Part shown: positions 8,638-16,659 of the stretch, in pieces
How positions within the stretch are numbered: position 1 is the stretch's first letter
How the letters are laid out: every line of letters starts with the position of its first letter
Origin: Candidatus Micrarchaeota archaeon
Lineage (GTDB): Archaea; Micrarchaeota; Micrarchaeia; Micrarchaeales; Micrarchaeaceae
Assembly (NCBI GenBank): GCA_027332905.1
Contig: DAHXGO010000001.1
Location: 1-32,226 of the forward strand
Reading direction: 5' to 3'
DNA length: 32,226 bases
The notes under the pieces: generated by a model
Told to the model about the DNA's origin: nothing
The model's input: only the letters and a program-made list of their open reading frames with translations
The model's database searches: none
Translations under genes and position numbers: made by a program

Positions 8638-8832
8638 TCAACCGCCCTTGTTCTGTGATTTGAACTCAGTATAATGGCATTTGCCGCATGTATGCCTGTC
8701 TGCATGATCAGCCATCCTGGAATTGCACTTTGGGCACATCTTCTTCGGTGAATAACTATCAGGTTTTTTAGCAGATTTCTGCTTTGGATCCTTGGCTTTT
8801 TTGTCTTCTTTTTTATCATTTTTCTCTGCCAT
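8638..8832 (-). CDS. rps27ae: 30S ribosomal protein S27ae (eS31)
   Basis: Lys-rich N-terminus followed by the zinc ribbon CPKCNSRMADHADRHTCGKCHYT. It lies downstream of S24e, as in other archaea. Confidence 0.9.
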   Translation of the reverse strand: MAEKNDKKEDKKAKDPKQKSAKKPDSYSPKKMCPKCNSRMADHADRHTCGKCHYTEFKSQNKGG

Positions 8833-8845
8833 ATATCAGCACCGT

Positions 8846-9169
8846 TTATTCTTTGGCATCTTCTCCGCCATTTGGCTGCCCTTTTGAGCTCTCTGATTTT
8901 TTCATCCTTTCGATTATAAATTTCGGTTCTACCCTCTCCAATTCAGCTGCGCTTGAATATGAATGCGCGATGCCTACGCTTCTCTTCATGCCGAATTCCT
9001 GGTTTAGCGATACTATGATAGTATTGTCAGGGCTAAGATTCAATTTCTTGCATAGCTCGCGCTTTGCATCTGCCTTAGAATTTGTGGCGTCATATCCGGT
9101 AATATAGAATTCCAATTCCCTCCTCTTCAGCATGCTGTTCTCCGTATCGTTCATTATTTTAAGTTCCAT
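8846..9169 (-). CDS. rps24e: 30S ribosomal protein S24e (eS24)
   Basis: MELKIMNDTENSMLKRRELEFYITGYDATNSKADAKRELCKKLNLSPDNTIIVSLNQEFGM... follows the S24e pattern. Confidence 0.9.
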   Translation of the reverse strand: MELKIMNDTENSMLKRRELEFYITGYDATNSKADAKRELCKKLNLSPDNTIIVSLNQEFGMKRSVGIAHSYSSAAELERVEPKFIIERMKKSESSKGQPNGGEDAKE

Positions 9170-9173
9170 AAAA

Positions 9174-9581
9174 TCACTCCGTCCCAGTAATCCTTGAAAG
9201 CATCCTCCTTCCCATGGCTTCCATAACCTCTACTTCGTTGCCGGCAGCTATCTTGCCTTTCAACTCCTCGGGTATGGGCAGCTCGTACACTTCGTAAGTT
9301 TCAGAATCCATGATCTGCGCGTTTGGGCCGTTTATCGAAACAACCTGCGCGCGCTTTTTCTTTATGACAGGCACTTCCGTATCGCCGTCACTCGGCTTCA
9401 GGAACGTTTTCTTTTGACCATCGAATATGCCTATTGCTGTAATGCGCATCTTCGCAGAACCGTGCTTGCCTGGAGAACTTGTCTCTATGTCCACAACCTT
9501 GCACGGTATCCCATCTATCAATATGAACCTGCCGACCTTTATTTCCTTCATTGATACTCTGAGTATTTCTTCTTCTGCCAT
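9174..9581 (-). CDS. eif5a: Translation initiation factor 5A (aIF5A)
   Basis: KVGRFILIDGIPCKVVDIETSSPGKHGSAKMRITAIGIFDG contains the hypusination loop S-PGKHGSAK. Confidence 0.95.
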   Translation of the reverse strand: MAEEEILRVSMKEIKVGRFILIDGIPCKVVDIETSSPGKHGSAKMRITAIGIFDGQKKTFLKPSDGDTEVPVIKKKRAQVVSINGPNAQIMDSETYEVYELPIPEELKGKIAAGNEVEVMEAMGRRMLSRITGTE

Positions 9582-9936
9582 ATTAAAACCTGGTATAGAT
9601 TTTGCTTAATTTCATTTCAAACGTAATTTTAAAAAGAAATGTAATTCATGGGATGACATGCCCTACCCGTAAATGATGTGGACTACCTAACTGAAAACCA
9701 ATAGTAATATGAAACAAAAATGTATATATATGTTTGCGACAAAACCGAATTATACGGCGGGACACACTGAAATCTGCACTTATGGAAAGGATGTAATACC
9801 CAGATTTCCAGCGAGACAATTGCCCATTAGCTGAGAATATACTGGCCGATATGTATGAAGTCAATCATCGCCAAAGCACTTGAGAATTTCAGCCAGCATT
9901 GTTGGGAATACGCTTTGGCGTGAAAACGATTTTCAA

Positions 9937-10650
9937 TTAGCTGGAAAATCTCGCTTTTATTATGTATGCCAGTATGCCTATGGCTCCAGACACCCCTATC
10001 TTCTTGCCTTCGGAAAACGTCCTGCCTTTATATCTTATGCTTACGCTCCTTATTGCATATCCGTTCTTTGAGAGTTTTACAGCAATTTCTGGATCAAGCT
10101 CCCATCCGTCCTGCCTGAGCTTTTCGCCGTGCAGCATGCCCAATTTGAAGATTTTATATGCTGCATTTATATCCTTTAGTTTTTGGCCATACAGCAGATT
10201 GAATGCCAAGGTATGCACATGCGTAGCCAATCCCCCCAGCAGGTACTTATGTCCGTTGTTGATTTTCCTGTATCCGAAGACGGGATTTTTATCGCTTAAT
10301 GATGCAAGCATCTTTCTGTAATCCTCTGGGCAATATTCATCATCGGCATCTTGTATTATCACTATACCGCCCTTTATGTGCTCTATTCCCAGCCTGACTG
10401 CATGCCCTTTTCCTTTCTTGACATCGCTATATATGAGCATGGCCTTTTTTCCAGCGCCAGCCAATGCCTTCTTTATCTCACTTAGGGTATTATCCGCGGA
10501 CTTGTCATAAATGATTATAAGCGTATCTACAGGCTTCTGCTTCAGAACCCGTTTTATTATATTATAAACAGTATTGCCTTCGTTATATACCGGCATTATC
10601 ACATTTACTGCCTCTCCCTTGTACATTTGAATCACAACAAGCATTGACAT
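9937..10650 (-). CDS. Family 2 glycosyltransferase (Dpm1/dolichyl-phosphate sugar synthase-like)
   Basis: NVIMPVYNEGNTV...IIIYDKSADNT...IIQDADDEY shows the GT-A DxD signature. The start is uncertain, with Met codons at 10650 and 10626. Confidence 0.75.
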   Translation of the reverse strand: MSMLVVIQMYKGEAVNVIMPVYNEGNTVYNIIKRVLKQKPVDTLIIIYDKSADNTLSEIKKALAGAGKKAMLIYSDVKKGKGHAVRLGIEHIKGGIVIIQDADDEYCPEDYRKMLASLSDKNPVFGYRKINNGHKYLLGGLATHVHTLAFNLLYGQKLKDINAAYKIFKLGMLHGEKLRQDGWELDPEIAVKLSKNGYAIRSVSIRYKGRTFSEGKKIGVSGAIGILAYIIKARFSS

Positions 10651-10671
10651 TTACTTAATTTTATAGAAGGA

Positions 10672-10711
10672 TAAGCATAAAAAATAAAATGCATCCCAAT
10701 GGACGGGATGC
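10672..10711 (-). terminator. Hairpin plus T-tract downstream of the tandem ftsZ pair
   Basis: Minus strand: GCATCCC-gtccatt-GGGATGC (perfect 7-bp stem, 10691-10711) followed by ATTTTATTTTTTAT. It begins 15 nt after the ftsZ stop codon. Confidence 0.4.
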
Positions 10712-10725
10712 TGTCTTGCTGGAAC

Positions 10726-11751
10726 TTAATATATCTTGTCGATCCCTGCAAGGAAATCTGTACTTACTGCTGCGTTTGACGCTGGAAGCGGTGCAGTGCC
10801 GAACCTTGGCGTAACCCCGGTTATTATTGACATGACGCTTATCTTGTCGTTCATTTCAGGGGTCAAACGTGCGCCGAAGATAACATTTGCTTTTGCATCT
10901 ATACCTTCTGTGACTTGTTCGCCTATCTTTGTTGCTTCGTCTATCGTAAGCGATGTTCCTCCGGTAACGTGTATCATTGCACTCTTCGCCTGCGATATGT
11001 CTACGTCAAGCAGTGGGTGCTGCAACGTTGACTTTATTACCTTCTGGACCTTGTCCGTGCCTGAACCAAATCCTATGTTTATGACAGCGGTGCCTCCATC
11101 CCTGAGTATGGTCCTTACATCCGCAAAATCTAGGTTTATAAGGCTCGGCAGGCTTATTGTATCTGCAATGCCTTTTACGGCATTGGATGCTATATTGTCT
11201 ATCAGCTCGAATGACTTTTCCATAGGGATATTAGGCGCATAGCTCAGCAGCCTATCGTTTTCTATCACTATAGTCGTATCTGCGTTCTTCCTTAGCTGCT
11301 CAAGTGACCAATCAGCTTTTGCCTTTCTGCTTCTCTCCAATGCAAACGGATATGTCACAAATGCCACTACCAGAGAACCTTGTTCCTTTGCAAGTTGCGC
11401 TATGAATGGCGCTGCGCCTCCTCCCGTGCCTCCGCCCATTCCTGCTGCAATGAATACCATGTCGTATCCCCTGATTGCCTCCATTATCTTATCCTTGTCC
11501 GCTTCTGCACATTTCATTGCAACTTCAGGAAATCCGCCTGCACCTAGCCCGTGTGTCATATCTTTGCCTATGAGCAGGCGCTTGTCCGCATGTACTATAT
11601 TCAGGTGCTTCGCATCCGTATTTATGGCTACAGTAGTCGCACTTTTTATTCCTTTATTGTAAAGCCTGTTCACTAGATTGCTGCCTTGGCCGCCGACCCC
11701 AACCACTACTATTCTTGCGGTAAATTCTTCATCCATGTTGTTTCCTATCAT
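10726..11751 (-). CDS. ftsZ: FtsZ paralogue (divergent, downstream member of the tandem pair)
   Basis: VVGVGGQGSNLVNRL, GLGAGG, GMGGGTGGGAAP, VTYPFALER, NLDFADV. ATG at 11751 (MIGNNMDEEF...) is preceded by GGTGGA; an alternative TTG is at 11763. C-terminal peptide is ...DFLAGIDKIY. Confidence 0.9.
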   Translation of the reverse strand: MIGNNMDEEFTARIVVVGVGGQGSNLVNRLYNKGIKSATTVAINTDAKHLNIVHADKRLLIGKDMTHGLGAGGFPEVAMKCAEADKDKIMEAIRGYDMVFIAAGMGGGTGGGAAPFIAQLAKEQGSLVVAFVTYPFALERSRKAKADWSLEQLRKNADTTIVIENDRLLSYAPNIPMEKSFELIDNIASNAVKGIADTISLPSLINLDFADVRTILRDGGTAVINIGFGSGTDKVQKVIKSTLQHPLLDVDISQAKSAMIHVTGGTSLTIDEATKIGEQVTEGIDAKANVIFGARLTPEMNDKISVMSIITGVTPRFGTAPLPASNAAVSTDFLAGIDKIY

Positions 11752-11777
11752 AGTATCCACCAAAAAATAAAAAGGAA

Positions 11778-12836
11778 TCAGCCTATGATTTCCAAATCGG
11801 AATACGGCCCTTCCTTTTTCTTTTCATTGAGCTTGCCCACTATGCTGGCGCCCTTTACTCCAGTCACTATCGCAACAATCTCTATCTGGTCGTCATAGCC
11901 TGGGATAAGCCTTGCGCCCCATTTTATGTTAGCTTTTGGATCCATGCGCTCTGTTATTATCTCTCCTGCCTTTATGGCATCCCCTATGGACAGTGACGCC
12001 CCGCCGGATATGTGGATCAATGCCCCAGTTGCGCCCTCAAAATCGACATCAAGAAGCTTGTTCTTCAATACCGATTCCGATGCTATGTTTACTTTATCAG
12101 TGCCTTTTCCACTGCCTACTGCTATGAAACCAACATCGCCTCCGCCCATTATCGACCTTACATCTGCAAAGTCTATATTTATCAGGCTAGGCTGCGTTAT
12201 TGTCCATACAAGCCCGCCCAAAGCTTTTGCAAGCACTTCGTCGGCCAGAGCAAACGCCTCGTTCATTGGCAGGTTAGGAACTAGTTTTACAAGCCTGTTG
12301 TTATCTAAGATTATTACGCTGTCGCTGTATTTCCTTAATTCTTGGATTCCCTCTTCTGCTTTTACCTTCCTTATCCTCTCAAGATCAAATGGATATGTGA
12401 CCATTGACACTACTATGGCGCCTTGCTCTTTTGCTATCTGGGCGGCCACCTTTATAGATCCTGTGCCCGTGCCTCCTCCCATTCCTGCACATAAGAATAC
12501 CAGTTGAGCCCCTTCAAATACTTTTTCTATAAGCTGCCTGTCTATTTCTGCAGCCTTAGCGCCTATTGCAGGGTCGCCTCCCGCACCAAGGCCCCTAGTA
12601 AGATTCTTGCCTATAAGAACCTTTGTTATCCTTTCATCAATTATCTTGAAATGCTGATAATCTGTATTTACGGCGACAAATTCCGTGCCTTTTACTCCTG
12701 CTTTTATCAGCCTGTTTACTATATTGTTGCCTCCCCCTCCGAAACCAGCCGTAACTATTTTTATCTGAGAAGATCCGAAGTCCTCGCCTCCGGTGCTATT
12801 CGTGTTCCCTAAAATCTCGTTTACCAAGTCGCTCAT
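11778..12836 (-). CDS. ftsZ: FtsZ paralogue (divergent, upstream member of the tandem pair)
   Basis: AGFGGGGNNIVNRL, GLGAGG, GMGGGTGTGS, VTYPFDLER, NIDFADV. 352 aa; C-terminal peptide is ...PYSDLEIIG. Confidence 0.9.
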   Translation of the reverse strand: MSDLVNEILGNTNSTGGEDFGSSQIKIVTAGFGGGGNNIVNRLIKAGVKGTEFVAVNTDYQHFKIIDERITKVLIGKNLTRGLGAGGDPAIGAKAAEIDRQLIEKVFEGAQLVFLCAGMGGGTGTGSIKVAAQIAKEQGAIVVSMVTYPFDLERIRKVKAEEGIQELRKYSDSVIILDNNRLVKLVPNLPMNEAFALADEVLAKALGGLVWTITQPSLINIDFADVRSIMGGGDVGFIAVGSGKGTDKVNIASESVLKNKLLDVDFEGATGALIHISGGASLSIGDAIKAGEIITERMDPKANIKWGARLIPGYDDQIEIVAIVTGVKGASIVGKLNEKKKEGPYSDLEIIG

Positions 12837-13023
12837 TCAAATCGCCTTTGAATAAAAAAATTTGTCACTCAACCTTTAAAAGCTTTCTGTTTTTGCATGA
12901 GATAATAGTAGTTCTGCTTTTGGGGCGACGCCGCAATATCCGCATTTTCTTTAGCTTAATTTTGTGAATTGACGTTCTTAGATAAACAGGCCAAGCAGGC
13001 GCACGCAGAAAGGACATGGCGGC

Positions 13024-13653
13024 TCACTTGCCACTTAATACCGAGGATATCCTGCCCGATTGATTCAACACCGCATAAAGCGAATAGTTTGCGTTTACTG
13101 CGTTATAGGTTATAACCCATGCATTATGCATGCTTGTATTTATGGGCAGGGTGCTATCGTTCAGCGTGTAATAGAATTTTGCCCCCACATGCGTATTATT
13201 GTACCCGTACTGATTTAAGTAGCCCATCATCGCGGGGTTTTTCTGCTCATATACTTCAGTTATTGCAACGGCAGGGTTGCCGACCACATACGATGATGAA
13301 TATGCAGATCCAGATATGACGCAATTCCCAACGTACTTGTTGTACAGGCTTGGAAGAAGAGTCATAGCAGGATAGTCAAATCCTTCTATAAGTAGTGTAG
13401 GGCATGCGCGTGTACTATTGGAAATTAATCTTACAACTACGTCCCAGCTGCCGCTTTCTATAGATGACGGGGTCACATTTATTATTTTTATTGACGAGTT
13501 AGGATTCTGCTGCTGCAGGTCTTTGATCACGTAGCCCTCGACAGTATTGGAGGTGAGCGCAGATTGGTTGAGGTGCTGAGAAAGCACGTATGCAATTCCG
13601 AATATTGCAATAAGCAGTATTGCAAATACGGCTATCTTCGATATTAATTCCAT
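13024..13653 (-). CDS. Hypothetical membrane-anchored extracellular protein rich in N-glycosylation sequons
   Basis: N-terminal TM/signal anchor MELISKIAVFAILLIAIFGIAYVL is followed by a ~180-aa Ser/Asn/Tyr-rich domain. I count nine N-x-S/T sequons. No family recognised. Confidence 0.6.
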   Translation of the reverse strand: MELISKIAVFAILLIAIFGIAYVLSQHLNQSALTSNTVEGYVIKDLQQQNPNSSIKIINVTPSSIESGSWDVVVRLISNSTRACPTLLIEGFDYPAMTLLPSLYNKYVGNCVISGSAYSSSYVVGNPAVAITEVYEQKNPAMMGYLNQYGYNNTHVGAKFYYTLNDSTLPINTSMHNAWVITYNAVNANYSLYAVLNQSGRISSVLSGK

Positions 13654-13944
13654 ATTTTAGATATGCATACTAAGAAATTTAACTCTTATTAGATTAGATG
13701 CATATGTTCGCATTCTGTAAACTATACAATAAACAGTTCAACGCGGATGCGGGCGGTGCGCTGGACATAATGAAAAGGCATCTCCAAATCATGCTGCAGC
13801 GGGGCAGCAGCATGGTGGTGGTTGGTGCTCTGGGCACACCAGGCAATATATCCTTGGAATTAACACAGCTGATGCAATGATGCCAATGGTTGAAACGAAT
13901 CTTGAAACCGTGGGGAACCCACAGAATTTATTTGTAGGGGGATG

Positions 13945-14850
13945 TCAGCGATCTATAGACAGATACAGCAGTATCGCCTTTGCAATCAGCATCTTGTTTT
14001 TTGCCTGCTCCCACACTATGCTCTTAGGGCCGTCAATAACATCTGCAGATATCTCTTCGCCGCGATGCGCAGGAAGGCAGTGCATTACTATAGCGTCGGA
14101 ATTCGCCATGTCCACCGCATGTTGATTTACCTGGTAGCCTGCAAATAGTTTTTTCCTTTCTTCGGCAATCTTTTCCTGGCCCATGCTTACGAAGGTATCA
14201 GTATATATTACGTCCACATTATCCATCCCTTCTTCGATTGAAGCCGTAACCTCGACATTGCCATATTCCCTGGCCTTGTTGAAGTAGGTGCTGTTAGGCA
14301 GATATCCGTTTGGGCCTATAAGTACCATGTTAGAACCTAATTTTGATGCAGTTATCATAAGCGAATTTGCAGTATTGCTGGCTATGTCGCCAACGAATGC
14401 AATCCTTATATTATGAAGGTTTTTCTTGTGCGCCTTTATAGTGTACATGTCAACCAATGCCTGCGTAGGGTGCTCCAGGTCAGTCAATGCATTTATTACA
14501 GGCACTGAAGAGCATTCGGCCAATTCGATAAGATCGTCTTGATTATACATCCTTGCAGCTATAAAATCGGAATAGCTGCTCAATACTCTTGATGTATCGC
14601 CTACTGATTCCCCCCTGGAAAGGTGGGTAGTCTGCGCATCTATGTATACGGATTTGCCGCCCAGCTGTGCCATCGCTGCCTCAAACGACAGGCGTGTCCT
14701 CGTAGAAGGCTTCTCGAAAAGAAGTGAAAGAATGGAATTTTCTTTTATGGCAGTCTCCTCCTTATTCTCCTTCAAATTGTCAGCTATTTCGAATATCTTG
14801 TTAATCTGCTCCTTTGAAATGTCGTTGGAACTTAGTATATTCAAAATCAA
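13945..14850 (-). CDS. argF: Ornithine carbamoyltransferase
   Basis: FEKPSTRTRLSFE, HPTQALVD, DTFVSMGQE and MHCLPAHRGEE (HCLP is OTCase-type rather than the ATCase HPLPR). No ATG or GTG is available; the TTG start at 14850 overlaps the TGA of the upstream ORF (GGTTGA). Confidence 0.85.
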   Translation of the reverse strand: MILNILSSNDISKEQINKIFEIADNLKENKEETAIKENSILSLLFEKPSTRTRLSFEAAMAQLGGKSVYIDAQTTHLSRGESVGDTSRVLSSYSDFIAARMYNQDDLIELAECSSVPVINALTDLEHPTQALVDMYTIKAHKKNLHNIRIAFVGDIASNTANSLMITASKLGSNMVLIGPNGYLPNSTYFNKAREYGNVEVTASIEEGMDNVDVIYTDTFVSMGQEKIAEERKKLFAGYQVNQHAVDMANSDAIVMHCLPAHRGEEISADVIDGPKSIVWEQAKNKMLIAKAILLYLSIDR

Positions 14851-15248
14851 CCACCGAATATGGCGCCGAAACCCTGGTTTGCCCTGCTTTCTTCATCGTG
14901 TATTATCGCAATTATTTTATCTTCAGATTCCTTGCCTGACCGCTTCACAGTCTTGAACTCCTTTGAAAACCGCTCTTCTGCCAATTTAAGGAAATCTTCA
15001 TTGGCCTTTAGATATAGATAGTATTTGTTCTTGTCCAAGCTGACCGAAAGACCATCCCTGACGCTGTATTCCTGCCTTGCAAATATAGTGTTGGCATATT
15101 TATCTCCAGCCAGGTTCTTGAGAGCAGCATCGTCTAGTGTTTTATCTAAATACGGGTCGTATTCCAGCACCTTCTTGAGTGCAGGGTATTCCTCGTTATC
15201 GCATTCGTAAACGTGTTCAGGCATTTTGCTCATCCAGTAGTCTTGCAT
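14847..15248 (-). CDS. Hypothetical small acidic protein with a ribosomal-stalk-like C-terminal tail
   Basis: 125-133 aa depending on the start (ATG at 15248, 15233 or 15224). It ends ...KIIAIIHDEESRANQGFGAIFGG. It overlaps the S8e stop upstream and the argF start downstream. No family recognised. Confidence 0.6.
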   Translation of the reverse strand: MQDYWMSKMPEHVYECDNEEYPALKKVLEYDPYLDKTLDDAALKNLAGDKYANTIFARQEYSVRDGLSVSLDKNKYYLYLKANEDFLKLAEERFSKEFKTVKRSGKESEDKIIAIIHDEESRANQGFGAIFGG

Positions 15249-15624
15249 TAACAGTGCCTTCCCTGCCTGGCCTGTTGATGACCACGGCCTTGCCCATGTC
15301 CGTGTTTATTATCGTGCCTTTGGTTATTATATTCTGCCTCGCGAAGTTTCGATTGTTCTTTGATTCAAGCACGCCTTTTATTGTAGCTTTTTTATACCCT
15401 TGCTTAGTGAGCAGATTTGCTATGCCGGCTTTTTTGAGCTTCATGGACACATTGCCGCCGCGGCGCCTGATAGGTGCAGCATCGTCCTTCTCAGCTAATT
15501 TCGTAGCAGAAAAATAGTTGCCTGCTTCGCTTCTGTGCCTGTCGCGGAACTTGATCTTTATTTTTCCATTGCCGCTGCTCTTTGTGCTTGAACCGGCGTG
15601 TACCTGCCTGCTAGATAAACTCAT
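15217..15624 (-). CDS. rps8e: 30S ribosomal protein S8e (eS8)
   Basis: NRNFARQNIITKGTIINTDMGKAVVINRPGREGTVNARLL matches the S8e C-terminal consensus. The N-terminus is basic. GAGGT SD lies 8 nt upstream. Confidence 0.9.
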   Translation of the reverse strand: MSLSSRQVHAGSSTKSSGNGKIKIKFRDRHRSEAGNYFSATKLAEKDDAAPIRRRGGNVSMKLKKAGIANLLTKQGYKKATIKGVLESKNNRNFARQNIITKGTIINTDMGKAVVINRPGREGTVNARLLDEQNA

Positions 15625-15662
15625 TTAAATTACCTCTATAGTATACGTATTATGTAGTATGA

Positions 15663-15707
15663 CGTGCAAACTGCTTCGCGCATTAAAAAATTCCGCGTGC
15701 AAACTGC
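15663..15707. repeat. 12-nt perfect direct repeat CGTGCAAACTGC (x2, 33 nt centre-to-centre) in a long divergent intergenic region
   Basis: Copies at 15663-15674 and 15696-15707, which is 40-85 nt upstream of the S8e start codon. Confidence 0.6.
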
Positions 15708-16039
15708 AGAATTATATTAAAATAAAGAAATATAATATTATGCCTTGACCATGTTTTAGAAAGTTGAATTCTTAAATACTTTTGTGCAGATAATAAATCT
15801 GTAGGGACTTTCTCTTTTCTTTCCTATTTGTAGCAGTAAAAAATTAGCTGTAAATGGGCCTGTTTTCAATAGGCCACCTTGCGTAGACTGCCTTTCAGGG
15901 GGACAATACTAGATATATTATTTCACCTTGGGTAGAATTGGTTTATAGGAGATTTGCGATAAACAGCATTGCGGCAGCTACCTATAGATTGAGAGAAGGG
16001 ATAAATATCTAAATTTTAGTTATATACTGAAGATCAGTG

Positions 16040-16636
16040 ATGCTTGTGGCGGACAATAGCAAATACAATAACAAAAAATTTGACCTTGATATAGTTTCAA
16101 GGGGCAGCATAGAGTTGTCAAATGAAGCCCATAAGCGCTATTTTAACCTATTTAGTAGGCAGAGGTCGCTTATAGACGAATTCAAAAAGAGGATATCGAA
16201 TTCCAGCAACAAAGAGGAACTCTTAATGGCAAGGCACATTTATCGGGTGGGTGTTTTGTATGAATATAGCTTATGCATAGAAAATATCATAGCGTTAGCA
16301 GAAAAGGACCTTTCTGGTGGGGAAAAGGAAGAGAAAGCTAAAGCAGCTATAAAGAGGGATTATTCAGAGTATATTCATGACATATCGAATGCCAATCTCA
16401 TTTGGAAAGAGGGATTATTAGGTATGATAAATAAGAGCGACAGTTATATACGCAATGCCATAAAACAGATCGACAGAATATACAATATAAGATTTGTCAG
16501 CACAACGTTGAGCAATAGGATGTTATCAATGATGCTCTTAAGTTTCATAGACGAAACTAAGGTAATGAAAGAATTCGACGAAAAGCTCAAGATATTCATC
16601 GACAGGATGAACGTTAATCGCATATTTAGGGTATAG
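16040..16636 (+). CDS. Hypothetical helical protein (orphan, AT-rich)
   Basis: 198-aa ORF rich in Asn/Lys/Ile. It is visibly more AT-rich than its neighbours and is preceded by a ~410-nt non-coding region. No family recognised. Confidence 0.5.
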   Translation: MLVADNSKYNNKKFDLDIVSRGSIELSNEAHKRYFNLFSRQRSLIDEFKKRISNSSNKEELLMARHIYRVGVLYEYSLCIENIIALAEKDLSGGEKEEKAKAAIKRDYSEYIHDISNANLIWKEGLLGMINKSDSYIRNAIKQIDRIYNIRFVSTTLSNRMLSMMLLSFIDETKVMKEFDEKLKIFIDRMNVNRIFRV

Positions 16637-16659
16637 GATAGCGCTAGCATGTTGCGGCG

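Noticed and set aside
8557-8641. An apparent 4-nt overlap (translational coupling) between S27ae and the CPBP protease.
   Set aside because: The overlap depends on a TTG start from the longest-ORF track. The first ATG is about 80 nt downstream, so coupling is unsupported.
9582-9936. A 355-nt gap between aIF5A and the GT2 gene has C/D-box-like elements (AUGAUGU ... CUGA around 9672-9695) and a 72-aa minus-strand ORF.
   Set aside because: Box spacing is wrong: 11 nt to D', no credible C', and no terminal D box with a closing stem. The ORF has no recognisable features or SD. It is left unannotated and could be checked with RNA-seq or snoscan-type tools.
10736-12812. Long plus-strand ORFs (up to 193 aa) opposite the two ftsZ genes, and similar ones opposite the third ftsZ (16649-17581).
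   Set aside because: They are antisense shadows of highly conserved FtsZ coding sequence, with low-complexity Ser/Pro/Ala-rich translations.
13698-14148. Plus-strand ORFs of 60, 82 and 68 aa at the argF 3' end.
   Set aside because: Two are antisense to argF. The 60-aa ORF lies in the GC-rich gap and has no SD or recognisable domain. The region is reported instead as a candidate ncRNA or remnant.
15659-15748. A 29-aa micro-ORF (MTCKLLRALKNSACKLQNYIKIKKYNIMP) that contains both copies of the 12-nt repeat in frame.
   Set aside because: It is too short, has no SD, and the repeat is more simply explained as a DNA-level element.
16040-16636. A possible HEPN-like R-x6-H motif (RDYSEYIH) in the 198-aa helical orphan, hinting at a toxin or defence RNase.
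   Set aside because: A single short motif in a helical protein is expected by chance. There is no partner gene (for example a MNT antitoxin) next to it.
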